From: an uncultured Gammaproteobacteria bacterium
GTDB lineage: Bacteria > Patescibacteriota > Microgenomatia > UBA8517
Assembly: GCA_964430475.1 (NCBI GenBank)
Contig: CAYSEQ010000002.1
Coordinates: forward strand, 71,706-135,705
DNA length: 64,000 bases
Reading direction: 5' to 3'
Shown: one piece after another, positions 47,998 to 58,309 of the stretch
Layout of the letters: each line of letters opens with the position of its first letter
Position numbering within the stretch: the first letter of the stretch is position 1
The notes under the pieces: generated by a model
The model's database searches: none
What the model saw: the letters and a program-made list of their open reading frames with translations, nothing else
Told to the model about the DNA's origin: nothing
Program-made: the position numbers and the translations under genes

Positions 47998-49663
47998 GCT
48001 TTTAATTTTTGCTATTTTCTTTGTGGCATTTATCTTACGTGTTTGGGGTCTTAATAAAGTTCCACCAGAACTTTTTGGTGATGAGCTAGATGTAGGTTAT
48101 CATGCCTATTCTTTACTCAAGACTTTTCGTGATTATTATGGTCAGTTTTTGCCAACTTATATTCACTCCTTTTCCGAGTGGAGAGCTCCTCTTTTGATGT
48201 ATGTGACAGCTCCTTTTGTCGCTATTTTTGGACTAAACGAGTGGGGGGTAAGACTTCCGAGTGTGGTATTCGGCATTATTTCCATCTGGTTTTTTTATTT
48301 GATTGTTAAGAGGTTAAGAAAGCAAAATCGGATCTCTTTAGAGTTGGAAATTTTTGCAGGTTTATTTTTTGCAACTGTCCCTTGGCATATCCAGTACTCA
48401 AGATCGGCTTTTGAAGTCTCTCTTTTATTATTCTTAATTCTTTCCGCAACTTACTTCTTTTTAAAAAGTCTTGAGAAAGGTATATTTCTGATTATTTCCG
48501 CTTTCCTTTTCTCCCTAACTTTTTATACTTATAGTACCGCGAACCTTTTTATTCCACTTTATCTAATTCTTGTAGTCTTAGTTTTTAGGAGACAGGTTTT
48601 ATCTATTGATAAAAAGGTTTTAGTTTCTTCATTTTTAATATTTTTACTTTTATCTCTGCCTATGGCTTTCAATATCCTTTTTGGACACGCGGCGGATCGT
48701 TTTAAACAATTTAGTGTTTTTACCGATGAACAAGTTGAGAAAGAAATCATAAGAAAAAGACTTCTAGTAGATAGTCCTAGCGAAAGACTATTCCATAACA
48801 AATATACTTTTTGGTTTAAAGAAATAGTTGCAAATTATGCCTCTTCTTTTTCCCCACAATTTTTATTTATAACAGGCGATATAGTCTTTCGTCACTCCAT
48901 TCATACGGGTGAGCTTTTTTGGGTGATGCTTCCTCTTTTGATCATTGGGTTCTATCGAATTTTTAAGCTGAACAATAAATCTAGGTATTTTTGGATTGGT
49001 TGGTTATTTCTTGCTCCAATTCCTTCCTCTTTAACGAGAGATGGCGCTTTTCATGCCACTCGTCTTATCTTGATGCTTCCCCCTCTTATTTTTTTAGCGA
49101 GTTTAGGTATTGATGGTGTATTAAATTACAAACTACCGCGAATGTTAAAGAAAGCTACACTACTCTCTTTAGGTTTAGTGTTTGTTTTGCAATTTGGGTT
49201 TTATATTCATGAATATTGGATACATTATCCAAAAGAATCATGGCGTTGGTGGCAGGTAGGTTACAAAGAAGCTTTAGAGTTTATGAAAAATGAGGAAAAA
49301 AATTACGATATTTTAGCCTTTAACAATACTTATGAACCCTCCCTAATTAGATTTTTATTCTGGTGGAAATATCCACCTGAAAGATTTTTGAAAGAATTCA
49401 AGGAAGATAAGGAAAAAAAGGATATTCTTCCCGGTTTTAATGGCTTTTCTTTAGAAGACAAATATTTTTTTGGAAGTGCCAAAGATTCACCAGGAGGAGT
49501 TTCGAGTTTTGTAAAACCAAACATGCTTTATCTTGTTTCCCATCAGGATGAAGTTGGAGGTGATTGGGATTGGGAAGATAACCCACCTGAGGGTATAAAA
49601 GTTTTGAAAACAATAAGAAATCCATATGGAGAGCCTATCTTTTATGTTGTAACTGGAAATTGA
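47984..49663 (+). CDS. ArnT/PMT_2-like GT-C glycosyltransferase (array copy 2)
   Basis: FGDELDVGYHAYSLLKTFRDYYGQ...EWRAPLLMY and VPWHIQYSRSAFEVS. C-terminus NNTYEPSLIRFLFWWKYPPE...KTIRNPYGEPIFYVV. Confidence 0.65.
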   Translation: MLKNRLLIFAIFFVAFILRVWGLNKVPPELFGDELDVGYHAYSLLKTFRDYYGQFLPTYIHSFSEWRAPLLMYVTAPFVAIFGLNEWGVRLPSVVFGIISIWFFYLIVKRLRKQNRISLELEIFAGLFFATVPWHIQYSRSAFEVSLLLFLILSATYFFLKSLEKGIFLIISAFLFSLTFYTYSTANLFIPLYLILVVLVFRRQVLSIDKKVLVSSFLIFLLLSLPMAFNILFGHAADRFKQFSVFTDEQVEKEIIRKRLLVDSPSERLFHNKYTFWFKEIVANYASSFSPQFLFITGDIVFRHSIHTGELFWVMLPLLIIGFYRIFKLNNKSRYFWIGWLFLAPIPSSLTRDGAFHATRLILMLPPLIFLASLGIDGVLNYKLPRMLKKATLLSLGLVFVLQFGFYIHEYWIHYPKESWRWWQVGYKEALEFMKNEEKNYDILAFNNTYEPSLIRFLFWWKYPPERFLKEFKEDKEKKDILPGFNGFSLEDKYFFGSAKDSPGGVSSFVKPNMLYLVSHQDEVGGDWDWEDNPPEGIKVLKTIRNPYGEPIFYVVTGN

Positions 49664-51439
49664 TTACCAAAGTGATGGGTAATCTTCAGGAATTATTCCG
49701 TCGGGATATTTTGTTTCTTTTTCAACCATGTATTTAAGCATCGGAGGAAGTTCTTGCGGGATTGGCGGAGCTTTTGAAAAAGGATAAAACTCTATTAGTG
49801 AATAAGCCGGTATTCCGTCAAGGAAATAGATTGTTTTGAGGACTTTTGCATTTTGAGGAATTTCAGAGCCTTTACAGACATACAGCACATTTAATTTTCC
49901 CCCCTTAGGACAGTCAAAAGGCATGCCGAAATAAATGTTTGACCAGCGTTTTACTCTTTCCCATTGTTTCTCTTTCGATTCAGGTAATATTTCAGAGTCA
50001 GTAAGAAATTCACTAGGAGAAACCTTACCATAAAATAGGAAAAATATGTAATGTGTTTCCTTCATTGCGACCGCATTAAAATTGTTTTTTCTTGCCAAGA
50101 TTTCGGTTACGAGCTCTTTTTTACCCTGGTCGCTATACCAAGGTTGACGGACTGGCTTATGAACAAAAATTTGATGCCAAACGAATGAAAAATTAAGAAG
50201 TATTAGTAAGATAATTAACACAAAGGTTGTCTTTCTTATCCTTTTATTTTTAATAAAAGTAAGTAAGTTGAATACTCCATATCCAGAAAAAATGGCAATC
50301 GGAGGGTACATTATTCCTGCCCGGACAAGATGAGGCCCTTCTTGGGTTAGTGCTGCAGCACAAGGTCCGGCTAAAAACCAGACTAGAAGGATAAAGGCTG
50401 AAATATTATTTTTACTTTTCAATAAGTAAAAAAGACCTAAAAGTACGAAAATAAGTTCAATGTGAAGAACTATGCCAACATCAGGAGTGGTTTCCGGACT
50501 TCGGTCGCCTTTAAAAAAGATAAACTCGGGATTGAAATAGCTTATGTAACGACCAAACCCTTCTATCACGCTGGTGGTGATTTTGTTATGATAGACGCGG
50601 GTGAGAAATAAGGGAATTCGAATTGGACTTATGCCATCATAGAAAATATCTTTTTCAATCTTTTCTTGAGGAATTTTTGCAACGACTCCAGAGGCTCTCC
50701 CGCGTGCTTGCCAAGGCAGAAGTGCTATAGCGCAAATGAGAGTAAGTATTATGAAGATTGTAAAAATACTGTTTTTGAGTTTTGTATCGGTCTTTTTAGA
50801 AAAAAGAAGAATCAGGAAAACTCCGAATAAGAAGGAAGGTATAAACACTCTTTGTGCGGCATAACAAAATGAGGCAAGAAAAAAAAGAATAAAAGCAATC
50901 AACAGTGATTTTCTCGATGATATCTTTAAAAACACACATCTGTTATTGGGGTGTTTAATACCACAGATTAAAAAAAGGATAGCGAGAGACGATAGGAAAA
51001 TTGAGAGATTAGACTCATAACCGACTCTCGAGAGGGTTATGCTCCATGGAGCAAGAGCTATAAAAAGCGATGAAAAAAGTGATACGAAAACCGATGAAAA
51101 AGTAAGGTAGGAGATGGTAAAAATTAGGGGAATAAGGGCGATACCGCTAACTACTGACCAGAAACGTATAACATTTTCAGAAAGTCCAAACATTGCTGCC
51201 GGAAGCATGTTAAAGTAGGCTAGAAGAGGATATTTGTAATCACCAACTGAAGCAAAATATATTGGGAATTTGTTTCCGTATTCATCACTTCCAAAATTGA
51301 AAAGACTCCAACCATAATAGGCGAAAGCAAGCTCGTCTCCATTTGGAGGAAGGGGAAGAGAATTTAGACGCCAAAGTCTAACGCTTGCTCCAAAAATGGT
51401 AATTATACTAAGGAGTAGTAAAAAGTATCTTTTCCTCAT
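49664..51439 (-). CDS. ArnT/PMT_2-like GT-C glycosyltransferase (array copy 3, inverted)
   Basis: NGDELAFAYYGWSLFNFGSDEYGN...DYKYPLLAY and APWSITLSRVGYESN. C-terminus MKETHYIFFLFYGKVSPSE...KTIYFLDGIPAYSLIE. Confidence 0.65.
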   Translation of the reverse strand: MRKRYFLLLLSIITIFGASVRLWRLNSLPLPPNGDELAFAYYGWSLFNFGSDEYGNKFPIYFASVGDYKYPLLAYFNMLPAAMFGLSENVIRFWSVVSGIALIPLIFTISYLTFSSVFVSLFSSLFIALAPWSITLSRVGYESNLSIFLSSLAILFLICGIKHPNNRCVFLKISSRKSLLIAFILFFLASFCYAAQRVFIPSFLFGVFLILLFSKKTDTKLKNSIFTIFIILTLICAIALLPWQARGRASGVVAKIPQEKIEKDIFYDGISPIRIPLFLTRVYHNKITTSVIEGFGRYISYFNPEFIFFKGDRSPETTPDVGIVLHIELIFVLLGLFYLLKSKNNISAFILLVWFLAGPCAAALTQEGPHLVRAGIMYPPIAIFSGYGVFNLLTFIKNKRIRKTTFVLIILLILLNFSFVWHQIFVHKPVRQPWYSDQGKKELVTEILARKNNFNAVAMKETHYIFFLFYGKVSPSEFLTDSEILPESKEKQWERVKRWSNIYFGMPFDCPKGGKLNVLYVCKGSEIPQNAKVLKTIYFLDGIPAYSLIEFYPFSKAPPIPQELPPMLKYMVEKETKYPDGIIPEDYPSLW

Positions 51440-51456
51440 TATTTTTTAAGTTTATA

Positions 51457-53055
51457 TTACTTGATTTCGACGATTCTTGCCACGAAATCTTCTCTAGCAT
51501 CAACCACATCAACCAAAATTTTGGCATTAGGAGTTGTAGTAATATCTTGGGTTGGTAAGCTATATTCCGAACCGATAAACAGAGTGTTTCTCAAATTCCT
51601 ATCTTCAGGCCAGTATATTTTTCTAAATTCGTATTTTCCAAAGTTAAAATTTTTCCTTGGTTTTTCAACGCAATCAGGGCATTTTATTTCCTGATGATAC
51701 CTTTCAGGGTCATATTTTGAATAAAAAAGGACGAAGATATGAGGTTGCGCGTGCCCGGTTTCAAAAATGATCTTTTCGTAATTATCCTGAATTGGAGAAA
51801 CAACCTGCATTATTTCTCTGAAACCATATTGCCAGTTACCCTTTTGTGTAAAAGGAAGATAAAAAAAGAGGCTGGTTGCGAGATTTGCAACTGCGTTTGT
51901 ATAAAAGATGACGAAAGTTGAAAAGACCAAAATTTTTATTGAAGGTGGAGAAGCCTTTATCTTTGAATATAGAAAATCAACACCTAAGGCAAGAACAGGG
52001 GTAAGTAAAGCATACAAAAGAAGAGTCCTTACAGGAACAAACCAGTTCCAAGTTAAAATTGCCGGTATCGGACTTAAAAGTATCAAAATTAGAAGTATCC
52101 TCGGGCGAAATAAATTTTTGGCTAAAGAAAAAATTCCTAGGATATAAAAAATAATGTCCAAGTTGTAAAAAAGTCCAAAACCGGGAATTTGTTGATTAGG
52201 TTCGGGTGTTCCTCTTAGAAAAATGTTTGCTAAAGAAAAGTAGGAAAAATATCTTCCCAAGATTTCTTTTCCTAAATTATAGAAAGGATTTTCTATTATT
52301 GAGAATAAAGAAACTTTTTCTTTGTTCCAAAGTTTAAAGATACTTGTTGATTCGAACCTTTGGATACCTTCGCCATTTATTATAAGATAGACCAGAGGCA
52401 AAGTTATAATTGTAAGAAAAATTACCAAGAAAGATATTTTTTTCTTGTTGGTAATTACTTCTCTATTTTTCCATATAGAAATAGTCGTAAAGAAAGGAAA
52501 AAGAATTTTGTAAGAGTGGTACGAGTATGCGGCTAATGCAAATAGGCCTAATGAGAAGATTAAGTCCTTTATCTGATGATTATTTTTAGTCAATAAATAT
52601 ATACCCCCAAGGGTTAACATCAGTCCTAGGTTTGCCTCGAAAGCAACGCGTGAAAAAAAGATAGCCCAAGGTTCAATATAAAAGAAAGCCAAGGTTAGTA
52701 GCGCAACCCTGGTATTGAAAATATTTTTAGCGATAAGGAATAGGAAAAATCCTGAAAGAATACCTGATATTGAAGAAAGAAGCCTTACGGAAAATTCATT
52801 GAGTCCAAAAAGTAGGATAAAGGGAATACTTAAATAAGAGTATAAAGCAGGTTTGTAGTCATCAAATGACCTCAAAACCAGAGGGAATGGATAACCATAT
52901 TCATCTTTACCTGTTTTGAGTAAAGAGTAAGCGTTGTATCCCAAAGCAGCCTCGTCCCAATTAAGAGACGGCGGAGATTTGGAGAGCCAGAAGGTTCTTA
53001 AAAAGATGCCAATACATAAAATGCAAAATGAAATCAGAAACTCTTTTTTATTCAT
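51457..53055 (-). CDS. ArnT/PMT_2-like GT-C glycosyltransferase (array copy 4, inverted)
   Basis: NWDEAALGYNAYSLLKTGKDEYGY...DYKPALYSY and EPWAIFFSRVAFEAN. C-terminus ETGHAQPHIFVLFYSKYDPE. Confidence 0.65.
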   Translation of the reverse strand: MNKKEFLISFCILCIGIFLRTFWLSKSPPSLNWDEAALGYNAYSLLKTGKDEYGYPFPLVLRSFDDYKPALYSYLSIPFILLFGLNEFSVRLLSSISGILSGFFLFLIAKNIFNTRVALLTLAFFYIEPWAIFFSRVAFEANLGLMLTLGGIYLLTKNNHQIKDLIFSLGLFALAAYSYHSYKILFPFFTTISIWKNREVITNKKKISFLVIFLTIITLPLVYLIINGEGIQRFESTSIFKLWNKEKVSLFSIIENPFYNLGKEILGRYFSYFSLANIFLRGTPEPNQQIPGFGLFYNLDIIFYILGIFSLAKNLFRPRILLILILLSPIPAILTWNWFVPVRTLLLYALLTPVLALGVDFLYSKIKASPPSIKILVFSTFVIFYTNAVANLATSLFFYLPFTQKGNWQYGFREIMQVVSPIQDNYEKIIFETGHAQPHIFVLFYSKYDPERYHQEIKCPDCVEKPRKNFNFGKYEFRKIYWPEDRNLRNTLFIGSEYSLPTQDITTTPNAKILVDVVDAREDFVARIVEIK

Positions 53056-54749
53056 AAAATCTTAATGAACCAAAGTCTATTTCCCATCAAATATACTAAT
53101 TCTTCGTTGAGTAAAATTTCTTTTAAAAGAAGAAAATTTTTTGGTAAGTTTAAATGATTAAAGTTCTCTTTTGGACCTAGAAATTCTCCAGGAAAACCTA
53201 TAAAAACTGCATCTTTGGAGTTTTCAATTAGATCAGGCGAAATTGATGTAAATTCGAGGTTTTCTATTTTGAAACCTAGATCTGTTTTGTTTTTTGCGAA
53301 TAAGGTTTGTTGTTCTATTTTTGAAGGAACAATGTCAAGGTAGAATGCAGTAGATATGTGTGTTGGACCAAAACTATTAGTTATAAAGATTTTTTTGTAA
53401 TTTTCTTGATTTTCCTTAATCCAGTTTGAGATTTCTAAATAAGCGAGAGCATCAGATCTTTTGTAATCTTCTTGTTTTGTGAAAAAAAGGTTATAAAAGT
53501 TAAGAAGACTCATCGAGTAAAGGGGAATAATTAAAACGAGCGTAAAAAACTTTAAAGACCCCTTTTTTAACTTATTATAAATAAAGTTAAATCCCAGTAT
53601 TTCGATCGTTAATAAAATTGGTATAAAGAAGATGCCAGAAAAAACAAGATCTTTCTTCTCAAAAACTAGATATGGAAAAAGCGATGCAAGTATGAAACTT
53701 TTCGGAAAAACTAGTTTTCTTCTTGATTGTAATATTAGATAAATACCAAGAACTACTAATGGTATCTCAATAAAAGAAAGAAGGGGAAGTTTGGATTTTG
53801 GCAAGACACCACTTAATCTTAATTCATCGTAGGACTCTTCTGGAAAACTCAAATGTTCAAAATCCAACAAGCCTATAAGATGATTGTTAATCTTATTGAT
53901 AGCAAGTAAAGGTTTATTATAAATTGATTTTCGGACAACTAAAGGAAGGATAAATTTTTTGTTAGTTGACAGGTAGTCTATTTTTTGGCGCTCGTTTATT
54001 TCGTCGGAAAGAACCGAGGGTCTTAACTTTTCAATAAATGTATTTTGAATCAGAAGATTGTGAATATAGTTTTTGTTTGAGAGTATTGCTAGAAGGAAAA
54101 TTCCCAAACTAAAAATTGAGAGAAAGACTACAAATCTATTTTGTCTTTCTTGAAAAAGGATAAAGATTAGTAAGAAAATGGAAAAGATGAATCCACTCGG
54201 GCTAGTAAAGGCACAAGCTATTAAGGAAAGAAATAAAAATAGGGCACTTATCTTGTGATTCATTTTTTTGTTTAGGGTTATATTTAGAGCAAGAAAAGCA
54301 AACAATAAAGATAGTGTTTCGGGAATAAAGTTGAAAGAAACCTGTGAAAGCCAAAAAGAAGACGATATGATAACTGCGAGCACGATTAAAGAAATTCCAT
54401 TTAAATTTGCAACTTTGGCTAGTGTTTTAAATGCTAGAAAAGAAAGAAATATTAATAAAATTATGCTTGGCACTTTGTAAAGGTATAAAAGATGGTTAAA
54501 GTTTCTGGAAAAAAGATAAAGAAAATCTGTTGTGACAAAGAATAATTTTTGTTCACCCTCCAAGGTTGTTTGGTCTTCTTTTAAAAATACCTCCGCAGTT
54601 AAGGGTTTATTACCCGCAAAATAGTACATTTGTATTTCGTTAGTGTTTGGAACTAAAGGGTATAAAACGCTGAGTATTGCCTTTATTAAAATACCAACGA
54701 GGATTATTAGGTATCCTAGAAAGTGGAATGGAAAGGTTTTTCTTCGCAT
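53052..54749 (-). CDS. divergent GT-C-like polytopic membrane protein related to the array family (array copy 5, inverted)
   Basis: The DEA loop motif is absent, but the C-terminal domain ITNSFGPTHISTAFYLDIVPSKIE aligns with the family motif QPYIFFLFY.KYDP. Its stop overlaps the start of 51457..53055 (ATGA on the reverse strand). Confidence 0.45.
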   Translation of the reverse strand: MRRKTFPFHFLGYLIILVGILIKAILSVLYPLVPNTNEIQMYYFAGNKPLTAEVFLKEDQTTLEGEQKLFFVTTDFLYLFSRNFNHLLYLYKVPSIILLIFLSFLAFKTLAKVANLNGISLIVLAVIISSSFWLSQVSFNFIPETLSLLFAFLALNITLNKKMNHKISALFLFLSLIACAFTSPSGFIFSIFLLIFILFQERQNRFVVFLSIFSLGIFLLAILSNKNYIHNLLIQNTFIEKLRPSVLSDEINERQKIDYLSTNKKFILPLVVRKSIYNKPLLAINKINNHLIGLLDFEHLSFPEESYDELRLSGVLPKSKLPLLSFIEIPLVVLGIYLILQSRRKLVFPKSFILASLFPYLVFEKKDLVFSGIFFIPILLTIEILGFNFIYNKLKKGSLKFFTLVLIIPLYSMSLLNFYNLFFTKQEDYKRSDALAYLEISNWIKENQENYKKIFITNSFGPTHISTAFYLDIVPSKIEQQTLFAKNKTDLGFKIENLEFTSISPDLIENSKDAVFIGFPGEFLGPKENFNHLNLPKNFLLLKEILLNEELVYLMGNRLWFIKIL

Positions 54750-54847
54750 TTTTTATTATACAACCCCTCAAAGGGTATTTATTGATCTTCCCATTTTAAG
54801 GATTTATTTTTTCGACAATTAATTTGGATAAAAGTATAATTAAAGGT

Positions 54848-56551
54848 ATGGAGAAATTTTTTTTGGCTATAGTTTTAGTCATTGGTTTTCTTCTTCGAAT
54901 TTTGTTTTTAAATAGTTACCCTTCTGGATTTACCCCTGACGAAGCCTCTTTTGGATATGATGCTTATTCAATATTAAAAACAGGCAGGGATCAGTGGGGA
55001 CACACCTTTCCCTTAGTTTTGGAATCGTTTGGTGATTTTAAACCGCCTCTATATTCGTACCTAGCTATTCCCAGTGTCTTAATCTTTGGTTTGAATAAAT
55101 TTGCAGTGAGACTTCCTAATGCCTTATTGGGAAGTTTATCGATTTTTATTGTTTATTTATTAGTTAAAAATTTAAGAGAAAATCTTAAGTTAAAGATTGC
55201 CAACAAAAATCTAACTTATGAACTTCTAGCTTCTTTGCTTTTGGCAATATCACCTTGGCATGTGATGTTGAGTAGAGGTGCCTTCGAGGCAAATTTAACT
55301 ACCTTTTTTCTTCCTTTAGGAATACTTTTGTTTGTTAAAGGGCTAAAAAAGAAAAACCTTTTTTTATGGTCTGCGGTTGTTTTTGGTTTGAATTTGTTTA
55401 CCTATCACTCTGCTAAATTCGTGACTATTGGTGTCTTGTTTTTTTTAATATTTATTTATCGTAAAGAATTTTTAGGTTTAGGATTTAAAAGATTATTTAT
55501 TTTTTCTGTTTTATTTTTGGTATTTTTTTTACCATTTCTATACACCTTTTTTGTTGGTGCTACGGCAAGAATCTCAGATCTTACAATTACTAAGGGAGCT
55601 TTGGAATCCGCATCTCAGGAAAGATTTATAGGTGAGTATGAGGGACTCCCAGGCTTTATTTCGCGTTTATTACACAATAAATTTCAGGTTTTCTTAAGGC
55701 GTTTCGTTTCAAATTACTTTCAATATTTCTCTCCACAGTTTCTATTTACAAACGGGCCTGCTGAATCTACTTATGGAATGCTTCGCGAGCGAGGGGTTCT
55801 TTATTGGTTCGAACTTCCTTTTTTGGTTGGATTTTTTATGTTTTTATTCACGAAAAGTTTAAAAGATATTAAACATTTATTGCCAATTATTTTTTGGTTA
55901 GCGATTGCGCCCATTCCCGCCAGCTTAGCGGCGGGCCCGGGTTATGCTGCGAATCGGGCGGAGGTTTCGTTACCAGCATATCAAATAATTTTTTCTTTTG
56001 GGGCTTTTGAGATATTTTATAGACTTAAGTCTTTACTAAAATCATATATTTTTAGATACATTAGGATTTTTTACATTCTTTTCTCTCTAATAATCTTCTT
56101 GGCATTTTTGGAGGATTATTTTATCCAATCTCCTTACAAAATTTCTAAAGCCATGCTTTATGGGAGTTACGAGGCAGCGTTGTGGCTTAAGGAGAATACC
56201 ACTGATAACCAGATTATTCTAGTGAGTAAAAGTTTATCTGAACCCCACATATTTATAGCATTTGCGAGTAATTTAGACCCTAGGATATATCAGGAAGAAG
56301 CAAAGACATGGAATTACAAGGAGAAAGGACTGATATGGGTTGACCAACTTCCCGCATACAGACTTGGGAATTATTTGTTTAAAAATATTGATTATGAAGT
56401 AGATTTTAAACAAAATGCGCTTCTTGTGGGTAAGCCTGAGGAGTTTCCGAAGAGTGCTAAAAGGCTTGCGACACTTTACTATCCAAGTGGTGAGGAAGCA
56501 ATTTTAATTGTTGAAGGAACTTGGGAATCTTATGCTCAAAAGCTTAACTAA
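54848..56551 (+). CDS. ArnT/PMT_2-like GT-C glycosyltransferase (array copy 6)
   Basis: TPDEASFGYDAYSILKTGRDQWGH...DFKPPLYSY and SPWHVMLSRGAFEAN. C-terminus SKSLSEPHIFIAFASNLDPR...TLYYPSGEEAILIVE. ATG at 54848; the ORF track begins at TTG 54824. Confidence 0.65.
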   Translation: MEKFFLAIVLVIGFLLRILFLNSYPSGFTPDEASFGYDAYSILKTGRDQWGHTFPLVLESFGDFKPPLYSYLAIPSVLIFGLNKFAVRLPNALLGSLSIFIVYLLVKNLRENLKLKIANKNLTYELLASLLLAISPWHVMLSRGAFEANLTTFFLPLGILLFVKGLKKKNLFLWSAVVFGLNLFTYHSAKFVTIGVLFFLIFIYRKEFLGLGFKRLFIFSVLFLVFFLPFLYTFFVGATARISDLTITKGALESASQERFIGEYEGLPGFISRLLHNKFQVFLRRFVSNYFQYFSPQFLFTNGPAESTYGMLRERGVLYWFELPFLVGFFMFLFTKSLKDIKHLLPIIFWLAIAPIPASLAAGPGYAANRAEVSLPAYQIIFSFGAFEIFYRLKSLLKSYIFRYIRIFYILFSLIIFLAFLEDYFIQSPYKISKAMLYGSYEAALWLKENTTDNQIILVSKSLSEPHIFIAFASNLDPRIYQEEAKTWNYKEKGLIWVDQLPAYRLGNYLFKNIDYEVDFKQNALLVGKPEEFPKSAKRLATLYYPSGEEAILIVEGTWESYAQKLN

Positions 56552-58280
56552 TATTTCCTTTTCTTTCTACTTAATTTTTTTCGGCACAATTTTTGCCCTT
56601 TTTTTACGCGTCATTGATATTGATAAAGTGCCTTCTTCTTTAAATTGGGATGAAATATCTCATGGATATAACGCTTACTCAATTCTTAAAACAGGCAAGG
56701 ACGAATGGGGTAAATCCTTTCCTGTCATTTTCAGGGCGTATGGTGATTATAAATTGCCGGTTTATATTTATATTACAACCGTCTCAGTATTTTTCTTTGG
56801 GTTAACACCCCTTGCAGTTCGTCTGCCATCAGTTCTTGCAGGTGTCGGTGTCTGTCTTTTTACTTATTTTTTAGTTAAAGAGCTTTTTAAAAATTCAAGG
56901 TTTAAAAAGTGGAAATTAGAATATCTTTCTTTCTTACTGGTTATTTTCGAACCCTGGACATTATTTATTTCTAGAGCTTCCTTTGAAGCCAATATCGGAC
57001 TTTTTTTATTTCTCGGAGGATTCTTGTTTTTTATAAAGAGCCTTAAGAATAGAAAGTTCTTGTTATTGTCTTCTTGTTTTTTTGGATTGAGTGTATGGGC
57101 GTACAATTCCTATAGGGTTTTTACTCCTATATTTCTTTCGCTATTAATACTTTTATTTAAAAAAAAGCTTTCTTTTTCATACTCCAAAGACAAAAAATAT
57201 ATTTTAATTTCAGTATTACTCATTTTATTTTTCTTTATTCCAATGTTTTGGCAACTTTTACACCCAGTTGGCCAGGCTCGGTTTGGGAAGGTTTCGATAA
57301 TTGACGAAGGTGCTATCGCCAAGATCATCGAAGAAAGACAAAGGTCAAATCTAAATGTTTTTGTTGAGCGTATTCTTTACAACCGACCAGTGTATTTTAT
57401 AAAGCGGTTTATTGCGAACTGGTTTTCGCATTTTACACCAAGGTTCTTATTTTTTTTGGGCGGCAATAACCATCAATTTAGTGTCCCTTCGCATGGTATT
57501 TTGTATTTGATAGATATGCCATTTTTTTTGGTGGGTCTTGCTTTACTTTTTTACAATGCGCTTAAGAAAGAGAAAACATTTATACTTATATTGCTCTGGT
57601 TATTGCTTGGACCTATCGCTTCAAGTCTTACTCGCGAGGCACCTCATGTTTTAAGAAGTGTTACGATGTTGCCAATACCGATGATTATTACTTCTTTGGG
57701 TCTAAGCGCCTTAGGTAATTTTGTCAAAAAATTTCTTCCTTATAAAATGTTCTTGATTTTTTGGATGTTGGTATTTTTTGTCTTTAGTGAGAGGTTTTTA
57801 ACAAAATATTTTACAGAGTACAAAGTATCTTATTCATGGGCTTGGCAGTATGGTTACAAAGAGGTGGTTGAATATGTAAGATCGCGTTATGATTTTTATG
57901 ACAAGATTATAGTAACCAAAAAATATGGAGAACCTCACGAATTCTTCCTTTTCTATTGGCCTTGGGATCCTAAAAATTATTTAGCTGATCCAAATCTAAT
58001 TCGCTTTTATCAATCAGGGTGGTATTGGGTGGATAGCTTTGACAAGTTTTATTTTGTTAATAATTGGGAGATTTCTGAAAAAAGCGGTGAAAATATACCC
58101 CGGTCTATTAAAAGTGAAGATGCTTTTAAACTTGAAAGTGGTAAAAAAGTAGAGTGTCAATTTGGAAGCACAAAATGTCTTTTAATAACAAGCCCTGGAA
58201 ATGTTCCAGGAAATTGGAGAAAATTGAAAACGATAAATTTTTTGGATGGAAGTCCTGCATTCGAGATATACGAAAATTAG
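56532..58280 (+). CDS. ArnT/PMT_2-like GT-C glycosyltransferase (array copy 7)
   Basis: NWDEISHGYNAYSILKTGKDEWGK...DYKLPVYIY and EPWTLFISRASFEAN. C-terminus TKKYGEPHEFFLFYWPWDPK...KTINFLDGSPAFEIYE. Confidence 0.65.
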   Translation: MLKSLTNISFSFYLIFFGTIFALFLRVIDIDKVPSSLNWDEISHGYNAYSILKTGKDEWGKSFPVIFRAYGDYKLPVYIYITTVSVFFFGLTPLAVRLPSVLAGVGVCLFTYFLVKELFKNSRFKKWKLEYLSFLLVIFEPWTLFISRASFEANIGLFLFLGGFLFFIKSLKNRKFLLLSSCFFGLSVWAYNSYRVFTPIFLSLLILLFKKKLSFSYSKDKKYILISVLLILFFFIPMFWQLLHPVGQARFGKVSIIDEGAIAKIIEERQRSNLNVFVERILYNRPVYFIKRFIANWFSHFTPRFLFFLGGNNHQFSVPSHGILYLIDMPFFLVGLALLFYNALKKEKTFILILLWLLLGPIASSLTREAPHVLRSVTMLPIPMIITSLGLSALGNFVKKFLPYKMFLIFWMLVFFVFSERFLTKYFTEYKVSYSWAWQYGYKEVVEYVRSRYDFYDKIIVTKKYGEPHEFFLFYWPWDPKNYLADPNLIRFYQSGWYWVDSFDKFYFVNNWEISEKSGENIPRSIKSEDAFKLESGKKVECQFGSTKCLLITSPGNVPGNWRKLKTINFLDGSPAFEIYEN

Positions 58281-58309
58281 TTAAAATTTTATATTATCCT
58301 TAATCAAGA

